DNA of 64,000 bases from an uncultured Candidatus Rokubacteria bacterium (GTDB taxonomy: Bacteria > Methylomirabilota > Methylomirabilia > Rokubacteriales > CSP1-6). The notes under the pieces were generated by a model. That model saw nothing but the letters and a program-made list of their open reading frames with translations. It was not told the origin of the DNA and made no database searches. The translations under genes and the position numbers were made by a program. This document shows, one piece after another, positions 23,786 through 31,830 of the stretch. Location: positions 224,001 through 288,000 of the forward strand of contig CAWBMV010000006.1 in NCBI GenBank assembly GCA_963789955.1, given 5' to 3'. The first letter of the stretch is position 1, and each line of letters opens with the position of its first letter.

Positions 23786-24458
23786 CGGGCCCCGACCGGT
23801 CGCGCGTCCTCGCCGTCGACCCCGTTGCGCCCACTCGAGCCGCGCTACGCACCGCCGCCGACACGCTCCGCGCCGGTGGCGTGGTGGCGCTTCCGACCGA
23901 GACCTTCTACGGGCTCGCCGTCGCCGCGCTCGACGCCGGATCGGTCAGGCGCATCTTCGAGCTGAAGGGACGGCCCGACTCCAAGCCGCTGCTCGTCCTC
24001 GTCGACTCGGTCGCGATGACGGAGACCGTCGCGCACGTGACCCCATCGGCGCGCGATCTCATGACGCGCTACTGGCCCGGCGCGCTGACCCTGGTCATGC
24101 CGGCGCGCGCCACGGTGCCGTCCGTCGTGACGGCGGGAACGGGCACGCTCGGCGTTCGTCTCTCGTCCCATCCGGTCGCGCGCGGCCTGGTCGAGCTGCT
24201 CGGCGAGCCGGTGACGGCGCCGAGCGCGAACCCGAACGGGCTGGCGCCGCCCACGACCGCGGCCGGCGTGCTCGACGCATTTCCCCGAGGGCGTCGATCT
24301 CATCCTCGACGGCGGCCCCACTCGCGGCGGTGAGCCGTCGACGGTGCTCGATCTCACCGTGGACCCGCCGCGCGTGTTGCGGCAGGGCGCGGTCGTCGTG
24401 CGGGACATCGCGGGGCAGCCCGGGGAGCATCCAGCCGTCGCGGACGAGGCCGTCGTGA
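23782..24458 (+). CDS. tsaC: L-threonylcarbamoyladenylate synthase (YrdC/Sua5; indel near 24280; 3' end uncertain)
   Basis: ALPTETFYGL, IFELKGRP..KPL, WPGALTLV, APSAN, then DGG......STVLDL....RVLRQGA. Confidence 0.9.
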
Positions 24459-25051
24459 AGGTCAGCGGCGTCATCCAGGCCGGGGGCCGGAGCGCGCGCA
24501 TGGGCGGACGGCCCAAGGCCTTGATCGAGCTCGGCGGCCGGCCGATCATCGAGCGCGTGCTCGCGGCACTGGCGCCGGCGGTCGACGACGTGCTCGTCGT
24601 GACCAACACCCCCGAGCTCTACGCGTTCCTCGAGCTGCCGATGGTCGGCGACGTCTACCCGGATCACGGCTCGCTCGGCGGGATCTACTCCGGTCTCGAG
24701 GCCGCGGACGGCGCGGCGGCGCTCACGGTCGCCTGCGATATGCCGTTCCTCCATCCCGACGTGGTCAAGCTCGTCGCCGCGCGGGCCGGTGAGGGGGACG
24801 TCGTGATCCCGCGAGTCGGGAGCCGGCTCGAGACCATGCACGCCGTCTACGACAAGGCCTGCCTGCCGTACATCGCCGAACGGCTCGTCGCCGGACGGCT
24901 CAAGATCGTCGACTTCTTCGAGCGCGTGCGCGTGATCGAGATCGCCGAGGATGAGGTCGCGCGGTTTCGCGACCCGCGGATCGTCTTCATGAACGTGAAC
25001 ACACCGGACGATCTCGAGCGGGCGCGCGCGCTCGCGGCGGAGCTCGGCTGA
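24455..25051 (+). CDS. mobA: Molybdenum cofactor guanylyltransferase
   Basis: AGGRSARMGG.PKAL, GSLGGIYSGL, VACDMPF, FMNVNTPDDL. Confidence 0.9.
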   Translation: MKVSGVIQAGGRSARMGGRPKALIELGGRPIIERVLAALAPAVDDVLVVTNTPELYAFLELPMVGDVYPDHGSLGGIYSGLEAADGAAALTVACDMPFLHPDVVKLVAARAGEGDVVIPRVGSRLETMHAVYDKACLPYIAERLVAGRLKIVDFFERVRVIEIAEDEVARFRDPRIVFMNVNTPDDLERARALAAELG

Positions 25052-25053
25052 GC

Positions 25054-26230
25054 ATGGCCAGGCTGCGCCACGTGGTGCTCGTGCACTATCACGAGCTCGG
25101 TCTCAAGCGGGGCAACCGGCCGCTGTTCCTCCGCCACCTCGCGCGGAATCTCCGCCGCGCGACCTCCGATCTCGGCCCGGTGAACCTGCGCCAGGTGTCC
25201 GGCCGCCTCTTGCTGGAGCTGGACGAGCATCCCGACCCGGCGGCGGTCCGCGACCGCGTGCGTCGCGTGTGCGGCGTCGCGAGCGCGGCGCTCGCGTACC
25301 GCGTCGTGTCGACGGTGGAGGCGATGAAGGCGGTCGTCGCCGAGCTCGTCGAGGGCCGAACCTTCGCGTCGTTCAGGATCTCGGCGCGCCGAGCGTTCAA
25401 GACCTATCCGCTCACGAGCGTGGAGCTCAATCGCCAGCTCGGCGCGTTCGTGCTCGAGCGCGTCGCCACCAAGGTCGACCTGCGCCAGCCGGAGCTCGAG
25501 ATCCACGTGGAGGTGATGCCCGCCGAGACGTTCGTCTACGTCGATCCGGAGCCCGGTCCCGGCGGACTTCCGGTCGGCGCGAGCGGCACCGTCGCCGCGC
25601 TCCTGTCGGGAGGAATCGACTCGCCCGTCGCCGCCTGGCGCATGATGAAGCGCGGCTGTCGCGTCGTCTTCGTCCACTTCCACAGCGTGCCGTACCTGCC
25701 GCCCACCTCGCAGGCCAAGGCGCGCGCGCTGGTCGAGCGGCTGACCGCAGTGGCAGTACGACTCGACGCTCGTGCTGGTACCGTTCGGCGAGATCCAGCG
25801 CGAGGTGGTCCTGACGGTCCCGCCGCCGGCGCGCGTCGTGATCTACCGCCGCCTGATGGTGCGGATCGCCGAGGCGCTGGCGCGCAAGCACGGCGCCGTC
25901 GCGCTGACCACCGGCGAAAGCCTCGGTCAGGTCGCGTCGCAGACGCTCCCGAACATCGCACGCATCGACGAGGCCGCGACGATGCCGATCCTGAGGCCGC
26001 TCATCGGCATGGACAAGCTCGAGATCACCGAGCAAGCGCGCCGGCTCGGCACGTTCGAGATCTCGATCGAGCCGGATGCCGATTGCTGCACCTTGTTCGT
26101 TCCAAAGCATCCCGCGACGCACATGTCAGAGCACGAGGTCGGAGCGGTCGAGGCTCGTCTGGACATTCCGCGGCTGGTCGCCGCCGGCTCGGACGGCGCT
26201 TCGGTTGACGCGTTCGCGTTCCCGGCCTGA
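25054..26230 (+). CDS. thiI: tRNA 4-thiouridine(8) synthase, THUMP plus PP-loop, no rhodanese domain (indel near 25750)
   Basis: HYHELGLK.GNR, GGLPVG.SG, LLSGGIDSPVA, TGESLGQVASQT, RPLIGMDK, DCC. Confidence 0.94.
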
Positions 26231-26251
26231 AAAGCCCCCTCTGTTGTTACC

Positions 26252-26281
26252 TTGACACGCTGGAGCCACTACCGATATGGT
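26252..26281 (+). promoter_or_regulatory. Sigma70 promoter, probably giving a leaderless rpiB transcript
   Basis: TTGACA-18 nt-TATGGT-6 nt-ATG (26288). Confidence 0.7.
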
Positions 26282-26287
26282 GCCCGT

Positions 26288-26764
26288 ATGACTGTCGTCG
26301 CCCTGGGCGCGGACCACGCGGGCTTTCCGTTGAAAGAAGACCTCAAGACCTGGCTGATCACTCACGGATACGACGTGGTCGATCTGGGAACCCAGTCGGC
26401 CGAGTCCGTGGACTACCCGGACTTCGCGGTCGGGGTCGGCAGCGCGATCACCGCCGGCAAGGCCGATCGCGGCGTGCTCGTCTGCGGGACCGGTATCGGC
26501 ATGGCCATGGCCGCCAACAAGGTGCCGGGGGTCCGTGCCGCCGCGTGTACCGACGCGTTCGGCGCGCGGATGAGCCGCGAGCACAACGACGCCAACGTCC
26601 TGGCTCTCGGAGCGAGGATCACCGCGCGCGACGCCGCCATCGAGATTCTCGAGATCTGGCTCGGGGCCGAGTTCGCCGGCGGCCGTCACGCCCGGCGAGT
26701 GGAGAAGATCGCCGCCCTCGACCACGCGCGGGAACTGGAGTCCCCCGATGCACAGGCTCGCTGA
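26288..26764 (+). CDS. rpiB: Ribose-5-phosphate isomerase B
   Basis: [41 protein letters not shown]. Confidence 0.97.
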   Translation: MTVVALGADHAGFPLKEDLKTWLITHGYDVVDLGTQSAESVDYPDFAVGVGSAITAGKADRGVLVCGTGIGMAMAANKVPGVRAAACTDAFGARMSREHNDANVLALGARITARDAAIEILEIWLGAEFAGGRHARRVEKIAALDHARELESPDAQAR

Positions 26765-27995
26765 CACCGATCCCGAGGTCGCCAAGGTGCTGCGCGCGGA
26801 GGCGCAGCGGCAGAACCGGAACCTCGAGCTGATCGCCTCCGAGAACTTCGTGTCCGAGGCGGTGCTCGAGGCGGTCGGCTCGGTGCTGACGAACAAGTAT
26901 GCCGAGGGCTATCCGGGACGCCGCTACTACGGCGGCTGCGAGGTCGTCGACGTGGTCGAGGACCTGGCGATCGCGCGCGCCAAGGAGCTCTTCGGCGCCG
27001 AGCACGTCAACGTCCAGCCCCACTCGGGCGCCCAGGCCAACATGGCCGTCTACTTCACCTTGCTCAAGCCCGGCGACACCGTGCTCGGCCCGAATCTCTC
27101 TCACGGGGGCCATTTGACGGCCGGAAGCCCCGTGAACTACTCCGGCAAGTTCTATTCGATCGTCGCCTACGGAGTACGCAAGGACACCGAGCGCATCGAC
27201 CTGGACCAGGTCCGCGATCTGGCGCGCCAGCATCGGCCCAAGATGATCATCGCCGGAGGATCCGCCTTTCCGCGGGCGATCGACTTCGCGCCGTTCGGCG
27301 AGATCGCGCGCGAGGTCGGCGCTATGCTCATGGCGGACATCGCGCATCCGGCCGGGCTCGTCGCCGCCAAGCTTCACCCGTCCCCCGTCGGCATCGCCGA
27401 CTTCGTCACGACCACCACGCACAAGACGCTTCGCGGCCCGCGCGGCGGGATGGTCATGTGCCGTGCGGCGCACGCGCAGGCGCTCGACAAGACCGTGATG
27501 CCCGGCGTGCAGGGCGGCCCGCTGATGCACGTGATCGCCGGCAAGGCCGTGGCGTTCCGGGAAGCCCTCACGCCGGCGTGGCGAGGCTACCAGCAGCAGA
27601 TCGTGAAGAACGCGGCGGCGCTCGCCGCGGCGCTGCTTGGGTACGGCTACCGGCTCGTGACCGGAGGCACCGACACGCATCTCATGCTGCTCGACCTGAC
27701 CACCCGGAACATCACCGGAAAGGACGCCCAGGAGGCACTCGACCGCGCCTGGATCACCGTCAACAAGAACACGGTGCCGTTCGAGACCAAGAGCCCGATG
27801 GTGACCAGCGGCGTCCGCATCGGCACGCCCGCGGTCACGACACGCGGCATGCGCGAGGCCGAGATGGCCGAGATCGCCCGCCTCATCGACCAGGTACTGG
27901 CCAATCTTGGATCCTCGTCGGTCGAAGCGAAGGTGCGGGGAGAGGTGCAGGAGCTGACGAATCGGTTCCCGCTTTATCCGGAGCGAACCCGATGA
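26748..27995 (+). CDS. glyA: Serine hydroxymethyltransferase
   Basis: [37 protein letters not shown]. Confidence 0.99.
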   Translation: MHRLADTDPEVAKVLRAEAQRQNRNLELIASENFVSEAVLEAVGSVLTNKYAEGYPGRRYYGGCEVVDVVEDLAIARAKELFGAEHVNVQPHSGAQANMAVYFTLLKPGDTVLGPNLSHGGHLTAGSPVNYSGKFYSIVAYGVRKDTERIDLDQVRDLARQHRPKMIIAGGSAFPRAIDFAPFGEIAREVGAMLMADIAHPAGLVAAKLHPSPVGIADFVTTTTHKTLRGPRGGMVMCRAAHAQALDKTVMPGVQGGPLMHVIAGKAVAFREALTPAWRGYQQQIVKNAAALAAALLGYGYRLVTGGTDTHLMLLDLTTRNITGKDAQEALDRAWITVNKNTVPFETKSPMVTSGVRIGTPAVTTRGMREAEMAEIARLIDQVLANLGSSSVEAKVRGEVQELTNRFPLYPERTR

Positions 27996-28026
27996 CCCAA
28001 CCGGCATCGGGAAAGGGGGGAGCCCG

Positions 28027-28530
28027 ATGAAGTGCCCGTTTTGCGGTCACACGGAGGATCGGGTTGTCGACTCGCGGGTGGGCCGGGACGGGGAGTTCAT
28101 CCGGCGCCGCCGTGAGTGTCTCAAGTGCCACCGCCGGTACACGACCTACGAATACATCGAGGACGTGCTGCCGCACGTGGTCAAGCGCGACGGGCGCCGC
28201 GAGCCCTTCGACCGCCAGAAGCTTCGCGGCTCCATCTTGAAGTCGTGCGAGAAGCGGTCGGTCGGCGTGCAGGCCGTCGACGACGTCGTCGTCGAGATCG
28301 AGGCCCAGCTGCACGAGCGGGCCGAGAAGGAGATCAGCAGCGAGGAGCTCGGCCGGGTGGTGATGGACCACCTCCAGCGCCTGGACCCGGTCGCCTACGT
28401 GCGGTTCGCGTCGGTCTACCGTCAATTCAAGGACATCGGCCAGTTCGTCGAAGAGGTGAAGGGGCTCCAGCGGGACGACAAGACCAAGCCCGCCCCGGCG
28501 AAGCCACGCCCCCTTGCCAAGACCAAGTGA
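28027..28530 (+). CDS. nrdR: Transcriptional repressor NrdR
   Basis: MKCPFC, V.DSR, IRRRREC..C..RYTTYE, ATP cone, VAYVRFASVY. Confidence 0.98.
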   Translation: MKCPFCGHTEDRVVDSRVGRDGEFIRRRRECLKCHRRYTTYEYIEDVLPHVVKRDGRREPFDRQKLRGSILKSCEKRSVGVQAVDDVVVEIEAQLHERAEKEISSEELGRVVMDHLQRLDPVAYVRFASVYRQFKDIGQFVEEVKGLQRDDKTKPAPAKPRPLAKTK

Positions 28531-28551
28531 CCGGGTCGGTTGAAATAGCGC

Positions 28552-28583
28552 GGCCCTGCCGATGGAGTCGGATCGACAGGGCC
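28552..28583 (-). terminator. Hairpin terminator for the minus-strand micropeptide transcript (possibly bidirectional with nrdR)
   Basis: GGCCCTGCCGAT / ATCGACAGGGCC 12-bp stem; the single mismatch is G-U only on the minus strand; followed by ..TATTTC on the minus strand. Confidence 0.65.
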
Positions 28584-28599
28584 GAGCGCCGCGTGGGCC

Positions 28600-28638
28600 C
28601 TACTTCTTCTTCTTTTTGGTCGCCTTCTTCTTCGCCAA
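28600..28638 (-). CDS. Putative 12-aa lysine-rich micropeptide MAKKKATKKKKK
   Basis: TTG GCG AAG AAG AAG GCG ACC AAA AAG AAG AAG AAG TAG, preceded by AAGGGAGGTGAGGCG (strong SD), with promoter upstream and terminator downstream. Confidence 0.72.
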   Translation of the reverse strand: MAKKKATKKKKK

Positions 28639-28685
28639 CGCCTCACCTCCCTTCGCCGAACGACGAATCGCGTATCTAGCTCGGC

Positions 28686-28714
28686 ATGCTAGTGAGGTGG
28701 CAAAAATCTGTCAA
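28686..28714 (-). promoter_or_regulatory. Sigma70 promoter of the micropeptide gene
   Basis: TTGACA (28714-09)-17 nt-TAGCAT (28691-86). Confidence 0.75.
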
Positions 28715-28721
28715 GACCAAA

Positions 28722-28769
28722 AGTCAATACCTGGGGGTCGTCGAGCATTTCGCGCCCCATATATAGGGT
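28722..28769. promoter_or_regulatory. Two tandem NrdR-box-like sites, 32 bp apart
   Basis: agtCAATACCTGGggg (28722-37, 9/16) and gccCCATATATAGggt (28754-69, 12/16) versus consensus acaCwAtATaTwGtgt; adjacent to nrdR. Confidence 0.55.
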
Positions 28770-28779
28770 CGTCCGTAAA

Positions 28780-28808
28780 TTGACTTCCCGGGGGCCGCGA
28801 TGTAGCGT
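28780..28808 (+). promoter_or_regulatory. Sigma70 promoter of the radical SAM gene
   Basis: TTGACT-17 nt-TAGCGT. Confidence 0.65.
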
Positions 28809-28871
28809 GAGCGCACGGTCGGGGCACGGCCCATCACCCATAACTTTCCGCTCTTGAGGAGATCTCCCTCG

Positions 28872-30689
28872 ATGAGACGCGCGCTTAAGAAGCTTGTGTT
28901 CGTAGAACCGAAATCGACGCATCTGCACATCTATAGCCGGGTCTGTATTCCGCGCATCGGCTCGGTCCTGCTCGGCACCATCATGCGGGCCAAGGGCTAC
29001 GACGTCCGGGTCTACATCGAGGACATCCAGCCCCCCGACATGCAGGAAGTGCTCTCGGCCGACCTCGTCGCGATCTCGGCCATTACCTCGACGGCGCCGC
29101 AGTCCTACCGGCTGGCGGACCAGGTCCGCGCGGCGGGCGGAATTGCCGTCCTCGGCGGGACCCACGTGAGCTTCCTGCCGGAGGAAGGGCTCGAGCACGC
29201 GGACTTCGTCGTCCGCGGTGAGGGCGAGTTCGCGTTCCAGGAGCTCGTCGACGCCATCCAGGCCGGTCACGGGTTCGAGCAGATCAAGAACCTCTCGCAC
29301 ATCGTGGACGGGAAGGTGGTCAACCACCCGGAGCGCCCGAAGATCCCGAATCTCGACGTGAACCCGATTCCGGACTACAAGCTGATCACGGGCTGGAAGC
29401 CCGGCGGGGTCATCTCGGTCGCGACGTCGCGCGGCTGCCCGTTTTCGTGCACCTTCTGCTCGGTGCCGGGCATGTACGGCCACGCGTTCCGCACCCACTC
29501 GGTCGACCGCGTGCTGCAGGAGCTCGAGAGCCACCGGGGCAACGCCTATACGTTCTTCGCGGATGACATCTTCACGGCGAACAAGAAGCGCGTGAAGGAG
29601 CTCCTGCGCGGGATGATCGAGCGCAACCTCATTCCCGATTGGGGCGCCCAGGTCCGGACAGAAACCGTCGACGATCCCGAGCTCCTCGAGCTCATGCAGG
29701 CGGCGAACTGCTTCAACGTCTACGTCGGCTTCGAGTCCATCAATCCCCGGACGCTCAAGCTCTTCCAGAAGAAGCAGGACCTCGCGAAGATCGAGCGCTC
29801 GATCGAGCGCTTCCACGCCCACAAGATCCGGATCCACGGCATGTTCGTGGTCGGGTCCGATGAGGACGACGTCGAGACGATCGACGCCACCGCCGAGTTC
29901 GCGCTCAAGAACGACATCGACTCGATCCAGTTCATGATCCTGACGCCGATTCCGGGCTCGCCCGACTGGGAGCAGCTCTACGACCGCGGCGACAAGTACG
30001 TGATCAGCAAGAACTGGCAGTTTTACGACGGCCACCACGTCGTGCACCAGCCGCGGCGCATGAGCCCGTACGAGCTGCAGACGGGCGCGCTCGACGCCAT
30101 GGCGAAGTTCTACTCCTGGCGCGGTATCGCGAAGAAGCTCCTGAAGGGCGACCACTACTACGCGGCGATCCGGTACTTCGGCAAGCGAATGGTCCGCGAC
30201 TGGTGGAAGGACGACGAGAACCGCCAGCACGTCGAGTGGCTCAAGGCTCAGCTCTACTCGGATGCGAAGGAGCTCGGGCACCATGCGCTTCAGCGGGTGG
30301 GGCTTCCGGCCATCCTGCTGCAAGATTCCGTGGGACGCCTGCTCCAGCGCTTCCTGGGCGAGCTCGGCGTGACCGTCGTGCCGCTCGCGGAAGCCGCGGC
30401 CGAAGGCGCGGCGCGCGCCAAGGAAACCGTCGACTGCCTGATCACGCCGATCGTGAAGCGCGCGGTGAAGGAGCGCGAGGAGTTCTACGCGAATCTCGCC
30501 ACCGTGAACACCTTGCTGCAGAGCCAGTGGGAGAAGCTGCCACGCGTGAGCTTCCCGCTGCTCGACGGCCAGGGACCGGTGTTCGAGCCGTTCGCCAAGA
30601 TCGGTCTGCTCTTCACCAAGAACCTCGACCGCATCCGCGACGCCTACAAAACCGCCGGGGTCGCTGAAGGTCTCTGGGAAGCTGCGTAG
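28872..30689 (+). CDS. B12-binding-domain radical SAM protein with C-terminal DUF2229-like extension
   Basis: Cobalamin-binding Rossmann segment (DLVAISA.T, VLGGTHVS.LPEE, VVRGEGE), SRGCPFSCTFC, FADDIF, VGFES, TPIPGS. Confidence 0.9.
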   Translation: MRRALKKLVFVEPKSTHLHIYSRVCIPRIGSVLLGTIMRAKGYDVRVYIEDIQPPDMQEVLSADLVAISAITSTAPQSYRLADQVRAAGGIAVLGGTHVSFLPEEGLEHADFVVRGEGEFAFQELVDAIQAGHGFEQIKNLSHIVDGKVVNHPERPKIPNLDVNPIPDYKLITGWKPGGVISVATSRGCPFSCTFCSVPGMYGHAFRTHSVDRVLQELESHRGNAYTFFADDIFTANKKRVKELLRGMIERNLIPDWGAQVRTETVDDPELLELMQAANCFNVYVGFESINPRTLKLFQKKQDLAKIERSIERFHAHKIRIHGMFVVGSDEDDVETIDATAEFALKNDIDSIQFMILTPIPGSPDWEQLYDRGDKYVISKNWQFYDGHHVVHQPRRMSPYELQTGALDAMAKFYSWRGIAKKLLKGDHYYAAIRYFGKRMVRDWWKDDENRQHVEWLKAQLYSDAKELGHHALQRVGLPAILLQDSVGRLLQRFLGELGVTVVPLAEAAAEGAARAKETVDCLITPIVKRAVKEREEFYANLATVNTLLQSQWEKLPRVSFPLLDGQGPVFEPFAKIGLLFTKNLDRIRDAYKTAGVAEGLWEAA

Positions 30690-30690
30690 C

Positions 30691-30840
30691 GTCGGCCGGG
30701 TCGAGGCGGGGCTGGGATGTGCCTGCCTCGACCTGGTAGCAACCCGCCCTGCTGGGAATTCCTCCGGACTCTGCGTCGGGACAACCCTGACTACACAGGT
30801 CGAGGCAGACACATCCCAGCCCCACCTCGACCCGGCCGAC
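30691..30840. repeat. Large inverted repeat 1 (45-bp arms, 60-nt spacer), REPIN/MITE-like
   Basis: 30691-30735 matches the reverse complement of 30796-30840 at 43/45; each arm is itself palindromic (GGTCGAGGC..GCCTCGACC). Confidence 0.9.
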
Positions 30841-30904
30841 TCCGCGCTTCCGGCCGTTCTCGCGACTCGGCGCTTCGGTCTTGCTTCGAACCTAAGGCCT
30901 CGCC

Positions 30905-31068
30905 GCGGCGGACGGTCAGGGGTGGTGGGAGCGGGGTCGCGCGACCCGTTCCCTTCGAAGCGGTATCGAACGCCGCGCGCCCGGATGGAGCCCAGCCGCC
31001 GCGGAGCAGCGCACGCGTGCCGCGTGGTCGCGCGACCCCGCTCCCACCACACCCTGACCGTCTGCCGC
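30905..31068. repeat. Large inverted repeat 2 (about 42-bp arms, 79-nt spacer), REPIN/MITE-like
   Basis: 30905-30946 matches the reverse complement of 31026-31068 with one G-T and one bulge; each arm ends in the perfect palindrome GGTCGCGCGACC. Confidence 0.9.
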
Positions 31069-31751
31069 TATGCTTCTTTGGGTTCTTGGACGGAGGAGGG
31101 TTTGCGGGCGTGGCGGCGTCGCACGAACTCTTCGTTGAGGGGGACGCCGCGCTTGCAGAACGGACACTTGTCGGCGTCGTAGGTCGGGAAGTCGCGGCTC
31201 ACCAGGCTGAAGACCGGGCGGTTCTCGAGCTCCACGGACGTACGACGCCACAAGCAGCCGATGCCGACCACGAGCCCGCCGAGCTGCTCCACCAGGTTGA
31301 TCAGAAGGCTCAGGGTCGAGCCGGTGCTGACGAGATCTTCGATCAACAGGATTTTCACGCTGGGTCGGATGAGCCGCTGGAACTCGACGGGCAGGGAGAC
31401 GCGCCGCTTGCCGCCGGAGAGTCCCTTCGTGCCGTAGACCACGATCGGGCGCGACGGATGCGCGCGCGCCACGCAGTGGGAGAGGATCAGCGCGCCCGGG
31501 CCGGTCGAGAGGACCATGTCGACCGGCCACTGCGCGAAGTGCTTGGCGATCACCGCGCCGAGACCCTCCGTGAACGAGGGCTCCGTGGTCACCAGGGTCT
31601 TCTCGATGTACTCGGTCGTGTGCTGGCCCGACGGAAGCAGAATGTGATCGTTGGCGTGATAAGCGCCGGTCCGTTTGAGGATTTCGAGGTGGATCTTCTC
31701 CCGGACCTCGGTCTCGACGGCGGCGGGGTCTTTCCTGGCGGCAGCGCTCAT
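31068..31751 (-). CDS. pyrE: Orotate phosphoribosyltransferase-like PRTase
   Basis: H.LLPSGQH...YIEK, PRPP loop ILLIEDLVSTGST, C-terminal CPFC..GVP. Confidence 0.8.
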   Translation of the reverse strand: MSAAARKDPAAVETEVREKIHLEILKRTGAYHANDHILLPSGQHTTEYIEKTLVTTEPSFTEGLGAVIAKHFAQWPVDMVLSTGPGALILSHCVARAHPSRPIVVYGTKGLSGGKRRVSLPVEFQRLIRPSVKILLIEDLVSTGSTLSLLINLVEQLGGLVVGIGCLWRRTSVELENRPVFSLVSRDFPTYDADKCPFCKRGVPLNEEFVRRRHARKPSSVQEPKEA

Positions 31752-31830
31752 CGCGGCCCTCCTCGGGGCATTATCGCACGCGCCGGATCGGCGACGAGTC
31801 GCGCTTTGGGCGCATGCTAGACTCCCTTCC

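Noticed and set aside
25054..26230. ThiI as an Fe-S-cluster subtype
   Set aside because: No CXXC/DXXC at the expected central position (ARVVIYRR); only the common C-terminal DCC is present.
30691..30840. SRP (ffs) or 6S RNA
   Set aside because: The minus-strand GTCCGGAGGAA only partly resembles the SRP loop and lacks the flanking CAGG/GCAGC. Near-perfect 45-bp arms without a central bubble and terminal stem do not fit 6S. Rfam was not run.
28689..31052. 787-aa minus-strand ORF and many other long antisense ORFs
   Set aside because: Shadow frames of high-GC3 genes with no recognisable motifs.
30613..31182. Cys-rich or other short ORFs across the inverted repeats as RiPP precursors
   Set aside because: No SD, they overlap neighbouring genes, and their composition is explained by the palindromic DNA.
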